The position numbers were made by a program, and so were the translations under genes. From Methanocella sp. (GTDB lineage: Archaea; Thermoproteota; Bathyarchaeia; Bathyarchaeales; Bathycorpusculaceae), in NCBI GenBank assembly GCA_050261115.1, contig JBLNCY010000062.1:1-24483 (forward strand): DNA of 24,483 nucleotides, written 5' to 3'. The notes under the pieces were generated by a model. The model saw only the letters and a list, made by a program, of their open reading frames with translations. It searched no databases and was not told where the DNA came from. Position 1 is the stretch's first letter; every line of letters begins with the position of its first letter. Of the stretch, positions 16,980 to 24,483 are shown piece by piece.

Positions 16980-17951
16980 ATGAGCAACATGCCAAAAAAA
17001 CTCCTTCTTCAAGATGACGGCGCAACCCAAAAAATCAAAGAAATCACCCTCCAAACCGACCCCCAGAAGCTCAAAATGGTCCTAGGCGACCTCAGCTGGA
17101 AAATCCTAACCCTTCTCTCCAAAAAAGAGATGTACCCCCTAGAAATCGCAAAACACCTCAACATGCACGAACAAAAAATATACTACCACATACGCAAACT
17201 CGAAAAAGCCGGCGCCATAACCGTCACACGAGAAGAAAACAAGAAAGGCGCCACCGCCAAATACTACAAGCCCTCCGCACCCGCGTTTGGCATAGAATTC
17301 CCCGGCGGTTACCAACCCATCCAAAACATGTGCATACTCAGCATAGGCGACCAACTACAGGAGTTTTTTAAAGAATTCATAAGCAACGGTATTTTTGACG
17401 GAAAAATCGTAGTAGGTAGCCCCCAACCCCACGGTCCCTTCAAAACCAGCGCCCGAGACGGCCACTATGCTGCGCACCTATCGCTGTTTCTGGGACAATT
17501 CGCGCGGTTACCCAGCGAATTCGCAGTCAAACTCGACGTAGACGTTAAAGCCGAAAAAGAAGAGAAAAACAACCTAATACTCGTCGGCGGCCCCGGAACA
17601 AACCTGCTAACACAGGAAATTAACGAATATCTCCCCATCAAATTCATAATGCAATCAAGCCAGCAAGGTTTCCTGCTTGGCGGATTGTCCTCAAAGAAGA
17701 CGGGGCAAGTCTACACTTCTGACGTGTCGGGGTTGATTGCGAAAATCGTCAATCCCTGGGATAGCTCGAAGCGGATTGTAGTTTTGGCAGGTAACAAAGC
17801 GGTTGGGACTAAGGCGTGCGTTATTGCATTGACTAATTTGTGGAAGAAAACTCTTGAGAGATATAGGGGTGAGGATACCTTTGCGGTGGTTATTGTCGGG
17901 TTTGATTTGGATGGCGACGGCAAGGTTGACTCAATCGAGGTACGCGAGTAA
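16980..17951 (+). CDS. ArsR-type wHTH regulator fused to an alpha/beta domain resembling the S-layer C-terminal domain
   Basis: KILTLL..KEMYPLEIAKHLNMHEQKIYYHIRKLEKAG (HTH); IVVGS, NLILVGGPGTN and VVLAG....GT motifs; terminal DLDGDGKVD. Confidence 0.8.
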   Translation: MSNMPKKLLLQDDGATQKIKEITLQTDPQKLKMVLGDLSWKILTLLSKKEMYPLEIAKHLNMHEQKIYYHIRKLEKAGAITVTREENKKGATAKYYKPSAPAFGIEFPGGYQPIQNMCILSIGDQLQEFFKEFISNGIFDGKIVVGSPQPHGPFKTSARDGHYAAHLSLFLGQFARLPSEFAVKLDVDVKAEKEEKNNLILVGGPGTNLLTQEINEYLPIKFIMQSSQQGFLLGGLSSKKTGQVYTSDVSGLIAKIVNPWDSSKRIVVLAGNKAVGTKACVIALTNLWKKTLERYRGEDTFAVVIVGFDLDGDGKVDSIEVRE

Positions 17952-17953
17952 CT

Positions 17954-18382
17954 ATGGCAAAGGTTGTCGAGGTTATCCACGCGTTTGGGCACCCCAACAT
18001 CCAGTCAAGTCACCCAACCACACTCATGATAACCAAAGAGAAGCATGTTACACAAAGAGGCGACTGCATCGTCGCGGTGAATGCCGATAAATCAGTGGCT
18101 GATTTATGCCCGGAATTCAAAGAGGCCTTGAGGAAACCAAACGCAAAGCTAACTGTCAAGATAGCGACAGACGGTTCCGTGGAGCAAGTAAACGCGTGTG
18201 GTGCCCCGGAGTTGACTCTAAATCATCCCAACGACTTGGTGATCCGAAGAAGCGAGTTCATTTCCGACCGCACTTTAGCGGTGAAGGCCGATAAAGCCTC
18301 GTTTGACCTCTCAAGGGCATTTGTGGAGAAACTAAAGAATCCAAAGCAGGAAGTAATTTTGACCCTAATCGTGGAAGCTTAA
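17954..18382 (+). CDS. DUF371 family protein
   Basis: GHPNI...HPTTLMITKE...T.RGDCI and VIRRS.FI.DRTLAV.ADKA..DL.R. Confidence 0.9.
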   Translation: MAKVVEVIHAFGHPNIQSSHPTTLMITKEKHVTQRGDCIVAVNADKSVADLCPEFKEALRKPNAKLTVKIATDGSVEQVNACGAPELTLNHPNDLVIRRSEFISDRTLAVKADKASFDLSRAFVEKLKNPKQEVILTLIVEA

Positions 18383-19467
18383 CCGCTTCCATTAGTCTTG
18401 TGCAGTTTGTCTTTTTCGGATGGTGGCTGTGGGCAGGATTGGGATGTTTTTTTCTGGATTAGCCCCAGCAGGCCTGTGCTTGTCTTTAGCAGCGGGGGCA
18501 ACCCGACGAGGTCAGTGGTGACTGCGATTAATCTAACTAACATGGCAAACGTGACCGCAAAGGGCAAAATGGCCTCGGGTGTGCTGCTTATGCCTGTGAG
18601 TAGGAATGCGTAGGCTGCTTCCTGTAATCCCAGCCCGGCAAACGTGAGGGGGACATACATGAAAACCGCGGTTAGGGGACCCATAAAGAGCAAATCAGTA
18701 AAGGTGGGTTCAGTCATGCCTATAGCTTGGGCTAAGAGGTAAAGCGAGATACCGCTAAACAGCACCGAACCTAAGACCGAGACAACGATTGTGGCTATAG
18801 ATTTTCGTAATGCCGCTTTATCCTTTGAGAATAACGCGCGGATTTCCTCTAGCTTCTTAACCACTCGCCCGATGAGGGGTAGCTTGCAGAGTTTTTGCAA
18901 TAGACCAGAGAAGTAGTTAGTCCAGACGAGCACCGCCAAACCGACGCCGCAAGCGACAAGAATAGCGATGCCTCCAATCAATGCGTTGGTTACGGTGGGG
19001 CTCATTATGTCGCTGGGTATGCGGTAGATAAAGTAAACCAGAGCCGTTGTGGAGATGATGGCTTTGACGAAAAAGTTGCCTGCACCCACCGCCATGACGC
19101 TCATTAAGCCCTTCTCAATGGGTACGGCTTTGAGTTGGTTAAGCAGCACGGGGGTGGCGAAGTAGCCTGACTTTGCGGGGGTGACGTCGCTTAGGAGTTG
19201 GCCTCCAAAGTTGGCAAGCATGGTGGTTCCAAACGGCGGCTCGGCGTCGGCGGCTTTTAGTGCGCTGTGTAGGGCTAAGCCGATGGCAAACGAGGAAAGA
19301 ACAAAAAACGTCGTCGATACCCCTAATAGAGGTAGGTTTGTGTTGGCGAGTATCTGTTGCGCCTGCGCTAACTCGACGTCTCGGAACAGGAGATAGAGCA
19401 GCAGAACACTGACTGCTATTTGCACGATTACTAGGGTGGCGCGCTTGAGTTTGGGGGTTAAATTCAT
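18379..19467 (-). CDS. UPF0104 / LPG-synthase-TM-domain putative flippase
   Basis: Polytopic; G.LLSDVTPAKSG and VPLTFAGLGLQEAA...A....R motifs typical of the family. Confidence 0.8.
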   Translation of the reverse strand: MNLTPKLKRATLVIVQIAVSVLLLYLLFRDVELAQAQQILANTNLPLLGVSTTFFVLSSFAIGLALHSALKAADAEPPFGTTMLANFGGQLLSDVTPAKSGYFATPVLLNQLKAVPIEKGLMSVMAVGAGNFFVKAIISTTALVYFIYRIPSDIMSPTVTNALIGGIAILVACGVGLAVLVWTNYFSGLLQKLCKLPLIGRVVKKLEEIRALFSKDKAALRKSIATIVVSVLGSVLFSGISLYLLAQAIGMTEPTFTDLLFMGPLTAVFMYVPLTFAGLGLQEAAYAFLLTGISSTPEAILPFAVTFAMLVRLIAVTTDLVGLPPLLKTSTGLLGLIQKKTSQSCPQPPSEKDKLHKTNGSG

Positions 19468-20048
19468 CTACGTTTTATCCTCTTGGTAATTTTCTCCAGC
19501 ATGACGTTGAGGTCGAATTTTAACAGTAGAATCGTGAATATGATGGTTAGTATGAGGCTTGATGCGATGGTAACTTCGGTGGTTAACCACTCTGAAAGTC
19601 TCTGACCGGTCCAGCAACCGAGAAACGCCCCAATTGTGGTGATGATTAGTTTCCCTGAAAAGTATGCTACGAAGAACCTGTAGGGACTATACTTAGTTAA
19701 TCCAAGGGGGATGACGACTGGGTCATCGGGGACAGGTGTAGATGCTACCGCAAATAGCATCAGAAAGCCCCAGCGGTTGATTTTTTGTCCGCTCGCATTG
19801 AGGCGCTGCTGTCTACTTGCGCTGAGACGTTTACTAGCATAAAAAGTAACAAGATAATGTACGCTTTTTGCCAGTGCGGAGCCTAAAGCTATCAAGCCAG
19901 CCACAAGTAGCAGCGTTGGCGGATCAGTGATTCCAAGAACCAATACGGTGTTGGTTGCGATAAATATTGTTGAGGGACCTGCAAACGGAATCAAACCTAA
20001 CCCAAACGATGTAAGCAATACGGTTGCTAGCTCAAGAGGCATCATCAT
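19464..20048 (-). CDS. DedA/VTT-domain membrane protein
   Basis: IPFAGPS, GSALAKSVHY and STPVPDD...IPLGL.KYS..RFF.....GK. Confidence 0.8.
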   Translation of the reverse strand: MMMPLELATVLLTSFGLGLIPFAGPSTIFIATNTVLVLGITDPPTLLLVAGLIALGSALAKSVHYLVTFYASKRLSASRQQRLNASGQKINRWGFLMLFAVASTPVPDDPVVIPLGLTKYSPYRFFVAYFSGKLIITTIGAFLGCWTGQRLSEWLTTEVTIASSLILTIIFTILLLKFDLNVMLEKITKRIKRR

Positions 20049-20828
20049 TCATGCATATCCGTTGATTCTCTCGGTCCAACAGTTAAAGAGCGAAGAGTTT
20101 ACGCTCTTATGAATCGCACTACCATATAGAGTTACCACTGAGATAGGGGGTACCTCTTTATTGACTGAATGAATTGGTTTGTATTTGTTATGTCTTTTGT
20201 TAAACCAACGGAAAAACTCCTCTACCACAAGTATGCTGACGGCAATGACAAACAGCGCAAGGAAGGGAGCCGCAAGAACATCACTAAACCAATGCGCATT
20301 AAGATAATGCCGATCAAATGCCATAATACCAATCAACGCTGGTGCAACTGCAGCTATACAGAACTTTGAGATGATTTTCCGATTCTGCAACGCCAGAAAT
20401 GTGAACATGCCAACGAATACAATTATGCTGGTTAAGTGGCCACTGGGAAACGAATTATCCATATCAACCAATAGGCTGTTTACGGGTCGAGGGGAGTCGA
20501 TTAGGGTTTTAGATGCTTGAAGCAGTAAAGCGTTAAGACCCATTGCACCCACGAGTAGGCATGCATTTTGGGCTTTGCCTTTCCAGAGCAATAAACCGGC
20601 GAAGGGGACCGAGAGGGCCAGCAGAATCTTTGTGTCAAAGAAATCTACGATTTTTGCTGCTTCAGTTAAGCTTTCGGTTTGAATGCTTACTGTCCAGAGG
20701 TTAACTGCCGAGTTCACCCCATCAAAATAGGGTCTTGCAAGTGCAATTGCGATAAAGCATAGCAGAGTGGCTGCCGCGATGGTGAGTAGTTTATGCTGGT
20801 TTGTCAAGATGTGACTATTGCTTTCCAT
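20049..20828 (-). CDS. PAP2-family membrane phosphatase
   Basis: C1 KTLIDSPRP, C2 FPSGH and C3 DRHYLNAHWFSD are all present. The stop abuts the DedA start codon. Confidence 0.88.
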   Translation of the reverse strand: MESNSHILTNQHKLLTIAAATLLCFIAIALARPYFDGVNSAVNLWTVSIQTESLTEAAKIVDFFDTKILLALSVPFAGLLLWKGKAQNACLLVGAMGLNALLLQASKTLIDSPRPVNSLLVDMDNSFPSGHLTSIIVFVGMFTFLALQNRKIISKFCIAAVAPALIGIMAFDRHYLNAHWFSDVLAAPFLALFVIAVSILVVEEFFRWFNKRHNKYKPIHSVNKEVPPISVVTLYGSAIHKSVNSSLFNCWTERINGYA

Positions 20829-20888
20829 TGAAACTCACAGACACGCATGTAGCAGCCGACCAAGATAGCCCTATCATGTAGATTATGC

Positions 20889-20928
20889 GGCTCTAAACTA
20901 TAGTGGCTGAACTCTAAACCTTAGAGCC
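20889..20928. promoter_or_regulatory. repeated CTCTAA motif upstream of the PAP2 gene
   Basis: GGCTCTAA (20889-20896) / TTAGAGCC (20921-20928) inverted pair; CTCTAAAC direct repeat at 20891 and 20912. Confidence 0.4.
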
Positions 20929-20965
20929 ATAGCTTCTACTCGGTTTACCTAAAACAGTCAAGCCT

Positions 20966-22033
20966 CTATCTGATTTTTGCATCTAATACAACTTGGGACT
21001 CAAACGGCGCAGTCTCCCGAATGCTCCGAGCACAAAGAAAAACAGCCACCGCACGCCCATTCAACTCAACCAACTCCATAAAACGCTGCTCTAAAGCCTC
21101 TACTGTGTCAGGTTTGCGCACAAACCCATAGAAATGCACCACTCCACCCTCAGGTCTTAATGCCGAGCAAGCCGCGTCTACAAAGTCAATCGCAGTCTCC
21201 GGAAGATTCATAATAACTCGGCTAGCCACCCCCTTTAGCTTGCCCTTTGCTACTTCGCGGGCATCAGCACAAACAGGAAACACACGACCCTCCACCCCAT
21301 TAACGCGAACATTAACCTTAAGCAACTCAACAGCTTCGGGATTCAAGTCAACCGCATACACCTTCGCTTCGGGGCACCGCTTACCAATTAACACTGCAAA
21401 GGGCCCGACACCCGCAAACAAATCCACCACAAACTCGCCCGGCTCCACTTGGGATGCCACCCGCATATGTTCATGGCTCAAGCGAGGCGAAAAGTATGCT
21501 TTGCCAACGTCAACGTGATAGGTGCAGCCGAATTCCCTGTGGATGGTGCGGGTTCGGTGCTCGCCTGCAATGAAGGTGTAGTCGCGTATTCGGTAGGTGC
21601 CGCTTATGTCGCCTGCTTTTCCGAGTACCACTTTGATGTTTCGATGGGTTTGCAGGATAGCTTCTCCGATTATGTTCTCGTATGGTTTGAGGGGTGGCGG
21701 AATGTCGATTATGACTATGTCGCCGACTATGTCAAAGGCCTGCGGCACCTCTGATAGCAAGTTAGGCGGGAGCTTGTCTTTGAGTGCTTCTGTGAGGGTT
21801 TCGCTGGGCCGTTTTTTCTCCTCAAAACATCCTGACTCGATTGCATATGAGATTTGGCTGTCTAGTGTTTCGTGTTCTGCTTGGGCGGGTTCTCGCAGTA
21901 ATGGCAAATAAAGGGAATCGCTGTCCCTGTTGATGCCTAATGCCTTATCCATCAACCCCAGCTTAGACACTAAGGCTATGGCTTTTTCTCCCTGCTTTTT
22001 TGGCACTTTGAGGCAAACGTCGATTCTGGGCAT
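20966..22033 (-). CDS. trm5: tRNA (guanine37-N1)-methyltransferase, Trm5/Met-10 family
   Basis: FDIVGDI, G.YRIR, YFSPRL..E..R, VVDLFAGVGPF, DLNP.A and IMNLP motifs. Confidence 0.88.
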   Translation of the reverse strand: MPRIDVCLKVPKKQGEKAIALVSKLGLMDKALGINRDSDSLYLPLLREPAQAEHETLDSQISYAIESGCFEEKKRPSETLTEALKDKLPPNLLSEVPQAFDIVGDIVIIDIPPPLKPYENIIGEAILQTHRNIKVVLGKAGDISGTYRIRDYTFIAGEHRTRTIHREFGCTYHVDVGKAYFSPRLSHEHMRVASQVEPGEFVVDLFAGVGPFAVLIGKRCPEAKVYAVDLNPEAVELLKVNVRVNGVEGRVFPVCADAREVAKGKLKGVASRVIMNLPETAIDFVDAACSALRPEGGVVHFYGFVRKPDTVEALEQRFMELVELNGRAVAVFLCARSIRETAPFESQVVLDAKIR

Positions 22034-22035
22034 GC

Positions 22036-23073
22036 TTAACTGCTCTTCTCTACTCTATAGAGGCTCTCTACTTGGGCGATGCTGAATTTAACGTTTAACA
22101 TTTTTTCCATGAGCCAAATGTTGGATTCAATGTGTTCTGTTACATGTCGGGTGAGATAGGAAGATTTGCCTTTGGTGAGGGCTATGTAGGGGATAAGCAT
22201 ATCCGCAAGGAACTCGTCGACAGTGGGCTTTGTGATTATGTCGGTTACTAGAGCTTGTGCGGCTTGTTTTCCTACATCCTCCGCAGACTTCCGTAGCTCA
22301 CCAATCGAATCCGCACCTAAAATTACTCCTCTGTCGGTTTCAGTCCACAAAACTATGGAGCTACCCTTCTGAATGGGATTAGACGTGTCGTTTACAACTT
22401 GTATATCGGCTCTGTAGCCGCTTTGGATCAGCACGTTTTGGGCAGCTTTTGCTTGACGCTCAGCCACACGACGGTCAGCCAGAAAAGTGCAAACCGACAC
22501 CCCTTTTATGGATCTCAAGTTACCAAAATCCTCGAGCAACACGGGGTTTAGGTTTGGGTTTGGTTTTACGGTCATTGTCGCTTCGCCCATGCCTTTGGGG
22601 TAGTAGCCGTATTTTCGCACAGTGATTTCTGCTTCGACACCCATCCTTCTAAGCGCCGGCAGGAGTATATTGCGCATGTAGTTTATGGTTGGGGCATGGA
22701 GAGTGTCGGTGCCGCCTTTTGCTACATGCACTTCCACGGGTGCCTCTGCGAACAGGCATATGGGGAGGGTTGAGAGGAAAAGCATCGGGATGCTGCCTGC
22801 GGTTTCGATTACTGCTTCTATGTGACCGCCTTTGATTTCGTGTGGGGTGAACCAGAGTTCCCTTGAGCCCAGTGTTGCACCTTTGACTTCGGCGTTGCAG
22901 AGTTTGGCCGCGGTCAGGACGGATTCGAGGTGTTGGTGTTTGAGGCCTGGCTGGGGTCGGTTTTGGCGGATGTTGGTTATGTGTAGGGGTTGTTTTAGTA
23001 TGGCGGCTATTGCTATGGAGAGGCGGAGTATGGTGCCGCTGCCGCTTTTTTGGCTTCCATCAATCTCAATCAT
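22036..23073 (-). CDS. rtcA: RNA 3'-terminal phosphate cyclase
   Basis: IDGS..SGSGTILR, NIR.NRP.PGL..QH, TAGS, GGTD, GYYPKGMG, VAERQ, VD.FLAD, and TEH..SN carrying the adenylated His. Confidence 0.93.
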   Translation of the reverse strand: MIEIDGSQKSGSGTILRLSIAIAAILKQPLHITNIRQNRPQPGLKHQHLESVLTAAKLCNAEVKGATLGSRELWFTPHEIKGGHIEAVIETAGSIPMLFLSTLPICLFAEAPVEVHVAKGGTDTLHAPTINYMRNILLPALRRMGVEAEITVRKYGYYPKGMGEATMTVKPNPNLNPVLLEDFGNLRSIKGVSVCTFLADRRVAERQAKAAQNVLIQSGYRADIQVVNDTSNPIQKGSSIVLWTETDRGVILGADSIGELRKSAEDVGKQAAQALVTDIITKPTVDEFLADMLIPYIALTKGKSSYLTRHVTEHIESNIWLMEKMLNVKFSIAQVESLYRVEKSS

Positions 23074-23209
23074 ACAACATAATATTACTGTGGCAATCTA
23101 AAAAATCAAACAGTCATCGTAGCAGCAACCGTCGTCTGGGCCATAGGTAACGCCAAGTGAGACTGACGTTTTCTGCCTTTAGCTGTCTTTATAGAAACCA
23201 CCTAAAACG

Positions 23210-23267
23210 AGTTGAACCCGTGGTTGACTCTATATATAAGGGAGGGGGTCCCTCGGCAAAGCAGCAG
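23210..23267 (+). repeat. dispersed non-coding repeat, copy 2
   Basis: AGTTGAACCCGTGGTTGACTCTATATATAAGGGAGGGGGTCCCTCGGCAAAGCAGCAG, homologous to 4084-4138. Confidence 0.85.
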
Positions 23268-23295
23268 AACTACCCAAAATAGGGAGGGAGAGAGG

Positions 23296-24483
23296 TTATT
23301 CCCATTCTATCGTAGCAGGCGGCTTATGCGTAACATCATAAACCACCCGTGTAACCAGTGGAACCTCATTGGTGATGCGCGTCGAAATCTTTTCCAGCAC
23401 CGAATAAGGTAGCTTAGCAAAGCTTGCAGTCATAGCTTCCCGACTCTCCATAGCTCGAACCGCAACCACATAACCATATGCCCTTGCGTCGCCTTTGACG
23501 CCGGTTGCTTTAGTGTCGGTAACCACAGAGAAGTACTGCCAAAGCCCCTCAGCAAAGTCGCATTTCTCAATTTCTTCCCGCACGATTTTGTCGGAGCGCT
23601 TAGCTATCTTGATTTTCTCCTCCGTAAGAGGCCCGATGATGCGTACTGCTAGGCCGGGTCCGGGGAAGGGTTGTCGGTTAACGAGTTCTTTGGGTAAGCC
23701 CAGCATCCGAGCTACTTTTCTCACTTCATCTTTGTAGAGGTCGCGGAGGGGTTCGAGGATTTTTTTGAACTTTATTTTTTCAGGAAGGCCCGCGACATTG
23801 TGGTGGCTTTTGATTATGTCGGCGTTTTTGCTTGCGCCCGACTCGATTCGGTCGGGGTAAATGGTGCCCTGGATGAGGTATTCGGCGCCTGATTGGCTAG
23901 CGATCTCCTCAAAGACACGGATGAACTCTTCGCCCATGATTTTACGTTTAGTCTCCGGCTCAGTTACGCCCCTTAATTTGGCAAGGAAGCGCTCTGAGGC
24001 ATCGACGGCGACAAAGTTTATGTTAAATTTCTCGAAGGTCGAGCGAATAGCTTCTGTTTCGCCTTCCCGCATAAAGCCATGGTCAACATAGACGGCAGTT
24101 AATTTTTCGCCCAAAGCCTTAGCCGCTAACGCAGTGGCTACGCTGGAGTCTATGCCGCCGCTTAAGCCGATTATGGCTCGGCAGCTGTCGGTTTCGGTCT
24201 GGAGTTCCTTAATCATCTTGTCGATTAGATCCTCCATTTGCCAGTTTGCTTGGGCTTTACAGACTTGGAAGATAAAGTTCTGCAGCATCTGCATGCCGTG
24301 TTCGGTGTGGATGACCTCAGGATGCCATTGCAGACCATAAATCGGTTTAGTTTTGTGCCGAAACGCCGCCACAGGGCAGTTATCAGTATGGGCCAGCGCT
24401 TCAAAATCCGGCGGTGGCGCAATGACCGTGTCACCGTGGCTCATCCACACCTGCTCTTTATCGCCTAACCCTTCAAGGATTCC
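23296..24483 (-). CDS. guaA: GMP synthase (glutamine-hydrolysing), fused GATase + ATPPase; 5' end outside the window
   Basis: Frame stays open to the window edge. VWMSHGD and GLQWHPEV (GATase) are followed by LSGGIDSS, QGTIYPD.IES, IKSHHNV, PFPGPGL and KPPATIEWE. Confidence 0.97.
   Translation of the reverse strand, partial: GILEGLGDKEQVWMSHGDTVIAPPPDFEALAHTDNCPVAAFRHKTKPIYGLQWHPEVIHTEHGMQMLQNFIFQVCKAQANWQMEDLIDKMIKELQTETDSCRAIIGLSGGIDSSVATALAAKALGEKLTAVYVDHGFMREGETEAIRSTFEKFNINFVAVDASERFLAKLRGVTEPETKRKIMGEEFIRVFEEIASQSGAEYLIQGTIYPDRIESGASKNADIIKSHHNVAGLPEKIKFKKILEPLRDLYKDEVRKVARMLGLPKELVNRQPFPGPGLAVRIIGPLTEEKIKIAKRSDKIVREEIEKCDFAEGLWQYFSVVTDTKATGVKGDARAYGYVVAVRAMESREAMTASFAKLPYSVLEKISTRITNEVPLVTRVVYDVTHKPPATIEWE

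Noticed and set aside
22190-22230. RtcA 'VDEFLAD' read as loss of the catalytic His
   Set aside because: The adenylated His lies in the downstream TEH..SN motif, which is intact.
23101-23160. Short hydrophobic reading VIVAATVVWAIGNAK*, possibly a remnant of a membrane-protein gene
   Set aside because: No start codon, and too short to distinguish from chance.
4084-23267. Repeats as CRISPR repeats or attL/attR of an integrated element
   Set aside because: No array, cas gene, integrase or tRNA, and the enclosed DNA includes core genes (fen, glmS, trm5, rtcA).
235-24468. The many 60-135 aa ORFs antisense to or nested in the main genes
   Set aside because: These are shadow frames of well-supported genes, with no recognisable motifs.

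Overview
Archaeal chromosomal segment, most likely from Bathyarchaeia. This is an inference from the membrane-anchored PQQ-type beta-propeller family, the stand-alone MtrH plus corrinoid protein, and archaeal Fen1, Trm5, RtcA and DUF371. Left part: a secreted beta-propeller gene lies between two copies of a '7-TM membrane protein + small winged-helix protein' module. The right copy is intact. The left copy is visible only as a C-terminus plus a collapsed wHTH remnant that the ORF track missed. Middle: two tandem cobalamin-binding radical SAM paralogs duplicated together with their promoter, DUF1616, an MtrH-like methyltransferase, a cap-less corrinoid protein and two large GT-C-like membrane glycosyltransferases. 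Right part: fen1, glmS divergent from an ArsR-type HTH protein across a palindrome-rich spacer, DUF371, a PAP2-DedA-UPF0104 trio, trm5, rtcA and a fused guaA running off the end. A ~55-bp non-coding element occurs twice, 19 kb apart. I saw no tRNA, rRNA, CRISPR array or transposase.
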